DNA from: a virus
IMG/VR virus record: IMGVR_UViG_3300028008_001363
Coordinates: 35,857-99,856 of that record
DNA: 64,000 bases
Strand: one strand, 5' to 3'
The position numbers and the translations under genes were made by a program. The notes under the pieces are model-generated. The model made no database searches. It was given only the letters and a program-made list of their open reading frames with translations, and was not told the origin of the DNA. This document shows positions 54,282-63,334 of the stretch, one piece after another. How positions within the stretch are numbered: the stretch's first letter is position 1; each line of letters begins with the position of its first letter.

Positions 54282-55228
54282 TACTTTATTCCTATCTTAA
54301 GAAAGTATTGTCTCCCCTCAATAGTTGTAACTCCAGTATATTGTACAAATGTCATTGGAAAAGTATCATTGAATGATTGTGAACTACTGAATGGTCTATG
54401 AATACCACTCTCACCTGCTTCACCAACAAGAACTACTTTTCTAGTATCTGGTAACATAGCATACCAATCTTCCTGTTTCTCTAACAAACTAACATTTGTA
54501 TTGATTACTAAACCAGGAACTTCTTTAAATGCGGTAGATAGTTGACCATCTGGTAACAATATCTCTAATGTGTTCTCTGCATAGTCAACATCAAAAAGGT
54601 CTTGAGTAGATGATTTGAAACGCCAGTTATCAAGCACTTCATCTTTCATCATTTCATCAGCAAGGAACTTACATGTTCCATTTATGTCTAAGTTTCTAAT
54701 GTTCTCAAAACGTAACGATGTATCTAAAAGCATTGCACCCATAATGCCTATACCACCACCTAATACATATGCAGTACCTAAGTATTTTTCACCATATACT
54801 CTTGTCATGCTTTCAATAATCCATGAATAAATTATTGCATGGTGTTTATTAACAAATGAACTTATATCTACGTTAGGATAACTATAGATTAAGTCTTTAA
54901 GTCTTTCAACAATCTTATCGTTATTATTATTTCTAGGTAAAGTTGTGTGAGCCAAGAACTCCATTGCTTGTCGATAGTTACCCAACTGCTGTGCAACATT
55001 TCTTTCAGAATACTTTTCTGCTAGTCTTGTGAAGTCGTACTCTTCTCCCATGAGAGGTCGAAATCTCTTTCTCGCAACAGTCTGTTCTTTTATCTCAGCA
55101 ACATATTCTACTGTTTCTTCTGGAGCATCAAAGACTTCATTTTCCATTGCTATGTAAATGTCATCGTTAGAAGTCACATTGTTTTTATTTCTTCTACGTC
55201 TCTTTTCTCGTATCGTTGATTTAGCCAT
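54281..55228 (-). CDS. Methyltransferase-like paralog (degenerate) with basic N-terminus
   Basis: MEFLAH, YLGTAYVLGGGIG, LDINGTC, INTN; clearly paralogous to 53493-54281; start MAKST. Confidence 0.6.
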   Translation of the reverse strand: MAKSTIREKRRRRNKNNVTSNDDIYIAMENEVFDAPEETVEYVAEIKEQTVARKRFRPLMGEEYDFTRLAEKYSERNVAQQLGNYRQAMEFLAHTTLPRNNNNDKIVERLKDLIYSYPNVDISSFVNKHHAIIYSWIIESMTRVYGEKYLGTAYVLGGGIGIMGAMLLDTSLRFENIRNLDINGTCKFLADEMMKDEVLDNWRFKSSTQDLFDVDYAENTLEILLPDGQLSTAFKEVPGLVINTNVSLLEKQEDWYAMLPDTRKVVLVGEAGESGIHRPFSSSQSFNDTFPMTFVQYTGVTTIEGRQYFLKIGIK

Positions 55229-57986
55229 TAGTATCTTCCTCAAACTTTGCCTTTAACCATTCATAGTCATTAATTTTACTTAATGCATCATCATCACCGG
55301 CATGCGTTGTTCCATATTCTCTTCCTGCATTAGCACCCGCTATTGCATATTCTCCAAACTTTGCATCGTTATTAACAGTACACCATATTTCTAAACGCTC
55401 ATCAGTCTCACCTTGTTTAGACCTGTGAATGACACTTGATGATAGTTTAGTACACTCTCTGAAAGCAGACTTCCAGGTGTCATATGGATTAGTATTAAAT
55501 GCTGTGTAGTTTGCTTCTGATGGCATTGGCTTGAACTTGTCAGATATAGAAGTTGTAAAGTCAACACGCCATTCTTTAGCATCACGTAGCAATTGTGTTG
55601 GAAATAGTTTTAGTCCACCAAAACCATAAACTAATCCGTTAATTGGATTCCTAGATTTCCAAACATGAACTGTATCTTCATCCCATACTGTTGGAAAATA
55701 ATCAAACTTAAAGTCATCAAGTAAAATAGCATCAGCATCAATCACATAAAACATTTTTGTATCTGCTATCTCTGATGCTCTTTGGTGTGCATTAAAGATA
55801 CCTTTCACACCATGAACTCTTTTAGCATGTGGGACTTTCTCTAACAACTTGGCAAAGTTTGCATCTGCTTCTGGTTCCTGATAACTTAACATAACAACAT
55901 CGTAAGGAATATCCTGTGCTTTAATCAATTCAGATTTAACAGGCTTCTTATTCTTAAATGTCATCTTTCTTATCTTATCACTGTTTGGTTTAAGATGAAG
56001 TAATGCTTGTGCTGGAATCAATTTCAGTCCACCATATTGGTGAACAAATCCAGTTGATGGGTTTACTTTCGGCCACACATGAAAATGAGATGCATGGTGT
56101 CTATCAACATAAAGTGTTCGGTCAAAGTCAGTTAGAATATCAACATCATTATCAATTGCCCAGAAATATCCAGTATCAGTTTTCTTTGCGGCTTGAATGT
56201 AAGTTTCTTCTAAAGGTCCAGTTAGTATCGTAACTGTTTCATCATCTTTGTATTTTTCTGTATTAGAGGCATACATCCCCTCATCAAAATAAAACACTGG
56301 GTGACTAGATACCCTTGATGCAACTTCTTCAACTCTAATAATATTCTTAAATCTATCAAAAGAAAAGTCTTCTTTAGATGGTTTAAAACTAGAAAGATGT
56401 GGACGATGAACTAGATATACACCAGCACCTGCTTCGCCCTCAGACTTGAATGCGAATACATTTTCTATTGAGAATATATCTGGATAGAAATCGAATGTGA
56501 ATGTATCTAATAGTTCTACAACAGTATCAACTACCCAATAGAATACTTCTTTCTTTGCTCGTTGATAAGCACTGTATGGGTCACGAGTATCATATCTTTT
56601 GATAGACATTTTATCTGGAATACGTGACGCAATCTCTTCATGGAATATGATATTCTTTGGATGATAATCTATATTACTGTACGCAACACCACCATAACCT
56701 AATTCTGTTTCGCCATCTCGTTTACTAAACTGCCATAAATGTGTAGGTCCAGTTTCATATAAATCTGGATAGAAGTTACTACTGATTGATGCTGTTTCTT
56801 CTAAGTCTGGGTTAATCATCCAGAAACTATAACCAGTTGCTTGTGGTATCGCTTCATCAATAGTTCTTGCTTTAATTACTTGTATCTCATCTATAGTACC
56901 AACAGTCTCCATAATATCTTTCTGTTTATCGACATTAGGATTTACAGTAGGTATAAGACGTACACCATTTCGTACTTCTTTACCATTAGCAAGTCTCACA
57001 TTGAAGTTATGAATAAACTCTCTATCATAACTCATTGGATAATATTCTGGTTTAAAGTTCTTTACATCTTCGTGTACAAGCCAATACATGTCACTGTCTG
57101 TCTTGTGGTCAAATGAATGTAAGTCCTTTGTTCTTATGACTTCGAATTCTATATCAGAACAAATAGATTCTTTTTCGTATATCGCATCTCTTCGAAAATT
57201 AAATATATCATATGCTTTTTCATCAAACAACTTTCCATCTTTTGGAAATAAACCAACGCCATGATACTCACGTGCGTTTTTAGTAATTGGGTTTACTTTT
57301 TGCCAGACTATTATTTTTTGTTTATCTTTTGCAAGACCAAAACCATTTGAGTAATCGAACTCAAAAGAATCATTAACTCTTGTGCCGGGCATAATTAGAT
57401 AATAGAAATCTGTTCTTGCTTCTTTTCTACACTGTTTATGTACTTGTGTGCTAGACTCACCCTCAACTACATGAATGGTATGTTTATCTTCGAGTCTTTT
57501 TAATTCTTCATAACCACAACCTTTGTCCCAAAAGAATATATCATACGCTTCTGTTGTTGGCTTGTATTTTACTTTTTTAGTCTCATGTAATTTGTGTTCA
57601 CCAGTCATGTAATAAGCATCAGTTATAAAACCTGGGTCTTTTACTTTTACATCATTTGTATTGAATAACTTTATGCCCACTAGACTTCGGAATACATTTC
57701 GTTCTTCACAATTCCACATGTGGGTTATCTTATCATTAGACGAGTCTGTTTCATATCCAAAGTCAAAATCAGAATCAACTTTGACTTCTGGGTCAATTAT
57801 CCAGAAATGTTTTGTATTTGATATAGACGCAATTTTAGATACGGCTGCCTCGACTTTAGGGTCCGACCAATCTTCAAGGTTAATCTTGACCATACGAAAA
57901 TTAGGGTATACTTCTCGTATTTCATCAAACCTTTCGTTTGTCTCTTTATCAGTCTTGTATGTTAGATAAAATCCATCGTATGCCAT
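55221..57986 (-). CDS. Multi-repeat glycosyltransferase (GT-A)-like protein
   Basis: Several repeats of YD.F...T..FW[VI][VI]D; the last keeps FYVIDADA (DxD) and GFGGLKLFP. Confidence 0.6.
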   Translation of the reverse strand: MAYDGFYLTYKTDKETNERFDEIREVYPNFRMVKINLEDWSDPKVEAAVSKIASISNTKHFWIIDPEVKVDSDFDFGYETDSSNDKITHMWNCEERNVFRSLVGIKLFNTNDVKVKDPGFITDAYYMTGEHKLHETKKVKYKPTTEAYDIFFWDKGCGYEELKRLEDKHTIHVVEGESSTQVHKQCRKEARTDFYYLIMPGTRVNDSFEFDYSNGFGLAKDKQKIIVWQKVNPITKNAREYHGVGLFPKDGKLFDEKAYDIFNFRRDAIYEKESICSDIEFEVIRTKDLHSFDHKTDSDMYWLVHEDVKNFKPEYYPMSYDREFIHNFNVRLANGKEVRNGVRLIPTVNPNVDKQKDIMETVGTIDEIQVIKARTIDEAIPQATGYSFWMINPDLEETASISSNFYPDLYETGPTHLWQFSKRDGETELGYGGVAYSNIDYHPKNIIFHEEIASRIPDKMSIKRYDTRDPYSAYQRAKKEVFYWVVDTVVELLDTFTFDFYPDIFSIENVFAFKSEGEAGAGVYLVHRPHLSSFKPSKEDFSFDRFKNIIRVEEVASRVSSHPVFYFDEGMYASNTEKYKDDETVTILTGPLEETYIQAAKKTDTGYFWAIDNDVDILTDFDRTLYVDRHHASHFHVWPKVNPSTGFVHQYGGLKLIPAQALLHLKPNSDKIRKMTFKNKKPVKSELIKAQDIPYDVVMLSYQEPEADANFAKLLEKVPHAKRVHGVKGIFNAHQRASEIADTKMFYVIDADAILLDDFKFDYFPTVWDEDTVHVWKSRNPINGLVYGFGGLKLFPTQLLRDAKEWRVDFTTSISDKFKPMPSEANYTAFNTNPYDTWKSAFRECTKLSSSVIHRSKQGETDERLEIWCTVNNDAKFGEYAIAGANAGREYGTTHAGDDDALSKINDYEWLKAKFEEDTNG

Positions 57987-58025
57987 CGATATGTCAGTCC
58001 AAATTTAGTTGTTGTCTATCCTCTT

Positions 58026-58054
58026 ATTATAACAGATTTTTAGTCAGATGTAAA
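58026..58054 (-). promoter_or_regulatory. sigma70-type promoter (minus strand)
   Basis: TTTACA, 17 nt, TATAAT with TGn, reading leftward into the GT-like gene. Confidence 0.6.
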
Positions 58055-59596
58055 GACTTTTACGTTATAATGTTTAGAAAATTCAATAGCGTCATGCTCA
58101 TCATTTACTATTGGTTTCCCTTTTATATTTAGTGAGGTGTTAACTAACATTGGACAGCCAGTTTCTTCTTTGAATCTGGACAGTAGGATATATAAATCTG
58201 GATGTTGTAACTGGTTCACTGTCTGTACTCTACTAGTACCGTCTATGTGAACAATAGCAGGAAAATCTTTTGGATGCTTACATTTCGCAACGAACTGCAT
58301 GTAGGGTGATTGTGTGACGTTCTCTGGCATCTCAAAGTAATCATGTACGTCTTCTTCTAAAATCATTGGTGCAAATGGTCTAAACTTCTGTCTGCGTTTA
58401 ATCTCATTCATCTTATCTTTAATTGATGGACCTCTTGGGTCTGCTGTAAGTGTGCGATTGCCTAATGCTCTAGGACCAAACTCTGCACGTCCGTTAGCAA
58501 TGCCAATAATCTCTCCATCAAGTAATGCTTTCAATGATTTCTCTACAGGATAGTCGCCCTCTATATTATGACCAAGATATGGTGATTGCCAATTTAGATT
58601 CCAACTAGTACTGTTATACTTCTGTGCAACACCTATAGAACTTCCTGCATCACCAGGATTAGGCATAATCCAAATATCTTTGAAACCATACTTACTTGTT
58701 ATCATGCTATTCGCTGTGCAATTCAAAGCACAACCGCCCATCATTACTAAGTTTTCAGTAAATGAAACTCTTTCCTTTGCTAACTTTATTACCCTGTCTA
58801 ACATGACTTCATATATTTCTTGGGTTGCGGCTGCCAAATCAAACATATCTTGCTCTGTATGTAACTCTGGTAAAAGCCAATTACATCCTCTATGTAAGTT
58901 TTTCTTAAATGTATGTAATTTATTCGAGTGCGTTTGTATGCCCAACTCTTTCATTATTGCATTCTTTAGAGTTATGCCATTGTATTTTCTATCAGCATCA
59001 CCATAGGCAGCCATTCCCATAAGAATATACTCATCTTCTTGTGCTTTAAGTCCTAGTCTCTGTGTCATTGCACTATAGAATAGTCCAAAACTATGTGGAT
59101 ATCCTTGAGAATAAACCCTAGACAATTTACCACCAGAACCCTGCCATATTGTCAGAGTTTCCCATTCACCAATGCTATCAATTACCACAACAGCGGCATT
59201 TACATAGCCACTTGTATAATATCCACTTGCGGCATGGGTATAATGATGGTCTTGGTATTCAATTGGTATGCCTTTTAATTCTGGAAACTGTTTTAGATAC
59301 TTTGCTGGCAGTTCATTCATATCAAATGCAGTAGAATATTGACCAGCATATAACTGTCTTACTTTCTTTAAGTATGGATTTTCATACCAAGCAATGACAT
59401 CCGGTTTACCATACCGAAGTGCTTCTTGGAGAAGTTCGCTATTGAGTAATGGGTCGTTCTTAATTTTAGAGTATCGTTCAGAGTGAGAGGCAAATAGAAT
59501 TTCGTCTCCCTTTATAATGCTCACTGAAGCATCATGGTTTAAAGCACCACCGACACCAAGAACTGTCTTATGATTATTTGTATATGAACGGGTCAC
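58040..59596 (-). CDS. Carbamoyltransferase (NodU/CmcH/TobZ family)
   Basis: NHDAS, ERYSKIK, HHYTHA, DSIGE, EYILMGMAAYG, GGCALN, EFGPRALGNR, FRPFAP, NTSLN; start codon uncertain (GTG). Confidence 0.95.
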   Translation of the reverse strand: MTRSYTNNHKTVLGVGGALNHDASVSIIKGDEILFASHSERYSKIKNDPLLNSELLQEALRYGKPDVIAWYENPYLKKVRQLYAGQYSTAFDMNELPAKYLKQFPELKGIPIEYQDHHYTHAASGYYTSGYVNAAVVVIDSIGEWETLTIWQGSGGKLSRVYSQGYPHSFGLFYSAMTQRLGLKAQEDEYILMGMAAYGDADRKYNGITLKNAIMKELGIQTHSNKLHTFKKNLHRGCNWLLPELHTEQDMFDLAAATQEIYEVMLDRVIKLAKERVSFTENLVMMGGCALNCTANSMITSKYGFKDIWIMPNPGDAGSSIGVAQKYNSTSWNLNWQSPYLGHNIEGDYPVEKSLKALLDGEIIGIANGRAEFGPRALGNRTLTADPRGPSIKDKMNEIKRRQKFRPFAPMILEEDVHDYFEMPENVTQSPYMQFVAKCKHPKDFPAIVHIDGTSRVQTVNQLQHPDLYILLSRFKEETGCPMLVNTSLNIKGKPIVNDEHDAIEFSKHYNVKVFTSD

Positions 59597-59777
59597 GTTT
59601 CTTCAGTTCTGCTAGTCTAATTTTTACTGCTTTTCTGTGTTGATACCATGCCCATGGATATGTTACAATTGACCAAATCTTTTTTAATATATTTTTCATA
59701 ATTTTATTTATCTTTCGTTTTAGTCGGAACTTCTTACTGCCATCTAACGGTCCAGGTCCAGGTGTGTAATGATTCAC
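59574..59777 (-). CDS. Small basic protein ending RDPFIYK
   Basis: 67 aa, overlaps the carbamoyltransferase start. Confidence 0.6.
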   Translation of the reverse strand: MNHYTPGPGPLDGSKKFRLKRKINKIMKNILKKIWSIVTYPWAWYQHRKAVKIRLAELKKRDPFIYK

Positions 59778-60509
59778 TTATCCTTTACCCGCACGTGTGT
59801 TTTCAATATCAGCAAATATAATCTCTGCCCAGTCACTGTGTGCTTGTTCGTCTGGATGCATATATCTTTCATCACCTTCTACTGGAAAGAACATTTTCTT
59901 TTCATACATATAGGTAAAGAAAGTCTGGTCTTCATATATACGAGTCATATCTAATTGAGCGAACACATCCTTCATGTCTGCTTGTTCACATAACTCTGTG
60001 AAGTGTGTCGGTTCAAGTAGATTTGGTGTTAGGTTAAGACTATTAAATATAACGTACTCTAGTCCATTATTCACACAAAAATTCTGTAATGTTAATACTT
60101 GAATAAGATAATTGTGAAAATCATAGACTGGTGACCAGAAATGTTTCATATACAATTGATTGAATTTATCTAAGTCTGTATTTGTTTCTTCATTCAATCT
60201 AATATTGCCGTGGTATTCGTGTGATGGTATATTATGAATTAATACATTTTGACTTTCAATGAAGTGTTCTCTGCGATTTGGTGCAGTAAGTCCGATTGCT
60301 ACAAATGGTTTCTTCCCATTTGCAATCAACTCTGAAACATTTGTGATTGTTTGTCTAACAATGTATTGATTACTAATTCCACGTTCTGCGTCAGTTTGAA
60401 CATCTTCCTTATTAATGCCTAACTTCTCTGCAAGTTTAAAAGGCCATGCTGTATCTTTAAGTGCTAGACCTGTGCCGTACGTAAAACTACATCCATTTGC
60501 GTATAACAT
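59778..60509 (-). CDS. SGNH-like hydrolase/acyltransferase
   Basis: MLYANGCSFTYG (block I variant), GISN, C-terminal MHPDEQAH; start reassigned to 60509. Confidence 0.7.
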   Translation of the reverse strand: MLYANGCSFTYGTGLALKDTAWPFKLAEKLGINKEDVQTDAERGISNQYIVRQTITNVSELIANGKKPFVAIGLTAPNRREHFIESQNVLIHNIPSHEYHGNIRLNEETNTDLDKFNQLYMKHFWSPVYDFHNYLIQVLTLQNFCVNNGLEYVIFNSLNLTPNLLEPTHFTELCEQADMKDVFAQLDMTRIYEDQTFFTYMYEKKMFFPVEGDERYMHPDEQAHSDWAEIIFADIENTRAGKG

Positions 60510-60511
60510 TT

Positions 60512-60841
60512 TTAGTCCTTCTTCATAGTGAATGATTCGCCACATCCACAAGTATCACCTGCTAGTGGGTTTTCAAACTGAAAGCCACCATTGATGCCTT
60601 CTTGTTTGTAATCTAATTGAGTACCATCAATCATTATTAATGATTTGGTGTCTACGATAATAGTAACACCTTTGTCTTCAAATACATTATCACCTTCGTC
60701 TATTTGGTCAGCGAATTCAATGCCATATGCGAAGCCTGAACAACCTGTTGTTGTAACCTTTACTCTAATTCCTATGCCTTTACCTCTATTTTCTAAGAAG
60801 TTGTTTACTCTGTTGGCACCCTCTTCGGTTATTGTTAACAT
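60512..60841 (-). CDS. iscA: A-type Fe-S carrier
   Basis: TGCSG and CGCGESF motifs. Confidence 0.95.
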   Translation of the reverse strand: MLTITEEGANRVNNFLENRGKGIGIRVKVTTTGCSGFAYGIEFADQIDEGDNVFEDKGVTIIVDTKSLIMIDGTQLDYKQEGINGGFQFENPLAGDTCGCGESFTMKKD

Positions 60842-60852
60842 CTTATATTCCT

Positions 60853-61176
60853 TTATACTTCATCTGGATAATCTCTATACAGAAAATGTTGAATTGTTTC
60901 TACGTCTACCATGCTATTAAAACTAACATGTTTTGTTTCGATATCGTCATCATTACGAATTACATGTGTCATCGCATCATCTAATTCTTGCATTGTATGA
61001 AATTCCATATCAATGCGAAACTCTGGTAAGTCCATACTGCGAAAGCCAAGTTTCATTCGTGTAATACGATAATCATGCATTGTTGGAAGTGAGTCCAGAA
61101 ATGTTCTCATATTTGTAACGAACTCTACCGGATTTGTGCCTTCTTTTACGTCAGCATATATTGTATAAATGTTCAT
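60853..61176 (-). CDS. Hypothetical protein (ferredoxin-like alpha/beta barrel pattern)
   Basis: 107 aa between iscU and iscA; RITRMKLGF, FLYRDYPD. Confidence 0.6.
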   Translation of the reverse strand: MNIYTIYADVKEGTNPVEFVTNMRTFLDSLPTMHDYRITRMKLGFRSMDLPEFRIDMEFHTMQELDDAMTHVIRNDDDIETKHVSFNSMVDVETIQHFLYRDYPDEV

Positions 61177-61179
61177 TAA

Positions 61180-61557
61180 TTAATCTTGTTTCTTTTGATA
61201 GTCAGCGATTGCCGATTTGATTGCATCTTCGGCTAGAACTGAGCAGTGAATTTTAACAGGCGGTAATGCCAATTCTTCTACAATATCCATATTCTGTATG
61301 GCTTCTGCTTCTTCTAATGTCATTCCTTTTACCCATTCTGTGAGTAAACTACTACTTGCAATTGCCGAACCACAACCATATGTTTTAAACTTTGCATCTG
61401 TAATTATACCTTCTTCAATCATAATTTGAAGTTTCATTACGTCTCCACATGCTGGTGCTCCTACCATACCTGTTCCAACTTTGGGGTCGTTCATATCCAT
61501 TTTACCTACATTTCGTGGGTTTTCATAATGGTCTAACACTTTGTCTGAATAAGCCAT
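61180..61557 (-). CDS. iscU: Fe-S scaffold protein
   Basis: DHYENPRNVG, APACGD, GCGSAIAS, LPPVKIHC. Confidence 0.97.
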   Translation of the reverse strand: MAYSDKVLDHYENPRNVGKMDMNDPKVGTGMVGAPACGDVMKLQIMIEEGIITDAKFKTYGCGSAIASSSLLTEWVKGMTLEEAEAIQNMDIVEELALPPVKIHCSVLAEDAIKSAIADYQKKQD

Positions 61558-61582
61558 TTCCTTTCCTGTAATTTATTAATTA

Positions 61583-61611
61583 ATTATAACACATTTTAGA
61601 ACTAAATTCAA
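61583..61611 (-). promoter_or_regulatory. sigma70-type promoter (minus strand) for the iscU unit
   Basis: TTGAAT, 17 nt, TATAAT with TGn. Confidence 0.65.
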
Positions 61612-61622
61612 CCAAATACTTA

Positions 61623-62627
61623 TTATAAATCAAGTATCATGGCTTTATTTGCTGGTCCTTTATTTGTCATCAATAGACGCCAATTTCTTTTTCTATTTGA
61701 TTGATTAATCATCAAAATTGGTAACTTGAATTTTGCATCAACATCAGAAAAATCAATCTCTGTCATTTCTCCCTCTAAGTCACGTTTACGAATTCTAAAG
61801 AAGAATTGGTCAGCGCCACCTGTCTTTTTAACAAAATCTTCAACTGTATAGAAGTTTCCATTTAAGTTTAGTTTGCCGTCAACTACTTCACCACTTACAT
61901 CTGATGGACCTACATAAATCCAATCAATCGGTCCACCCATCGCTTCGTTACCTTTCATCAATTCGTATACATACTTTTCTGGTATACGAAAGAATAAGTT
62001 TGGTATTGCGCCGTGAGGGATAACATCTTGGTCTTCTAAACCCATATCTATTAGATATTGCTCTACTTTATCGTATGATTTAGTGATTAATTCAGGAAAC
62101 ATACTGTATACACCAGCAGTTCCACCACCACCAATTGTCATTGATGATGAGGCTTTCATAGAAATTCCATGCTCTTTGCCATTAGTATCAGTAATATAGA
62201 TATCAATATAAGGTTCTTTGCCCAGTGAATTCATGCCACCAAGTGAACGAGCCGATTTTACTGTAATACCCATTTCTTCAATAACTACACCAGCATTTGC
62301 ATTTAGAAAATTAACTAATCCATGCTCTTGTCGTTCTGATGTGTCTGCTTTACTACCACCAGTGCCACCAAATTCTGTTGTTTTTTGTAACCTAGACAAA
62401 AGAATTTGTTCGCCATTCATAGTTTCGTACTTAGTTGGAATATTTCTATCTTGTAGTTGCTGTATTAATTCATCAGAAGGCTTCAATACAACAGATGGTT
62501 CAGTCTCGCCCACTTTTGTAAAGGGTGCGTTCTTACTAATCATGTCTATGAACAATTGTAGGTTATCACGTTTACCCAACTCATTTCTGGATAAACCTGC
62601 TTCGTTGAATATCTCAAATGCTCTCAT
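61623..62627 (-). CDS. PD-(D/E)xK nuclease-like protein with capsid-targeting-like N-terminus
   Basis: MRAFEIFNE-A; SERQE...PYIDIYI...GISMK pattern; late box upstream. Confidence 0.55.
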   Translation of the reverse strand: MRAFEIFNEAGLSRNELGKRDNLQLFIDMISKNAPFTKVGETEPSVVLKPSDELIQQLQDRNIPTKYETMNGEQILLSRLQKTTEFGGTGGSKADTSERQEHGLVNFLNANAGVVIEEMGITVKSARSLGGMNSLGKEPYIDIYITDTNGKEHGISMKASSSMTIGGGGTAGVYSMFPELITKSYDKVEQYLIDMGLEDQDVIPHGAIPNLFFRIPEKYVYELMKGNEAMGGPIDWIYVGPSDVSGEVVDGKLNLNGNFYTVEDFVKKTGGADQFFFRIRKRDLEGEMTEIDFSDVDAKFKLPILMINQSNRKRNWRLLMTNKGPANKAMILDL

Positions 62628-62660
62628 GTTTGCTCCTAATTAAAATTAATGCTTCTACTC

Positions 62661-62687
62661 TATTTATCTTATGATTGTACTAAATAC
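62661..62687. promoter_or_regulatory. Back-to-back late-type boxes
   Basis: GATAAATA on minus (62661-68) and CTAAATAC on plus (62680-87) between divergent genes. Confidence 0.5.
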
Positions 62688-62713
62688 TATTAGATAATAG
62701 AGAGGAAGTAACA

Positions 62714-63334
62714 ATGATTATAAATGCAGTTGATGATGCCAATGATTTGTTTGAGGTTAAAAATCCAATATCACAAGAAACTATGGAAGAACTTAATAAA
62801 CTCGATTTGTTATCTCTTCCAACTATAGAAAACCCAGGACAAGAACTATGGGACAGAGTAGCAATCAATAAAGACAGTCATCCAGTTTTTGATAAAATAG
62901 AATTAGAAATGAATACGCATTGTGGTTTAATAAGCAAAGCAGTAGATAGAGAAGTTAAATCATTGTGGGCTGTATTTTGGTTAGATTATGAAGGCTTCAC
63001 TATCGCCCCTCATGTAGATGCATCTGGAGTAGATATAGCATTACAACTTTATTTAAAAGATTTGCCATATGCCGGAACTAGATTTTTCACACCGGATCCT
63101 AATGATATGTACGAAAAGAATGATAATCAAAGATGGCATTGGAGACCAGGTAGTAAAGAATATTCAGACAAAGACCCGATGTTACCAATACGTTCTATAC
63201 CTAGAAAGAAATTTAGATGTATTGCGAATACTGGATATATTATGAAGAACCATCCAGCACAACTTCATAGTGTTCCTGTTGTATTGAAAAAGGGAGAACT
63301 AAGACTGTCTGCTTATTTTCATATGCGTTTTTAA
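62714..63334 (+). CDS. 2OG-Fe(II) oxygenase-like protein
   Basis: FWLDYEGFTIAPHVDA, QLYL, NTGY, LHS, RLSAY; paralog of 35820-36425. Confidence 0.75.
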   Translation: MIINAVDDANDLFEVKNPISQETMEELNKLDLLSLPTIENPGQELWDRVAINKDSHPVFDKIELEMNTHCGLISKAVDREVKSLWAVFWLDYEGFTIAPHVDASGVDIALQLYLKDLPYAGTRFFTPDPNDMYEKNDNQRWHWRPGSKEYSDKDPMLPIRSIPRKKFRCIANTGYIMKNHPAQLHSVPVVLKKGELRLSAYFHMRF

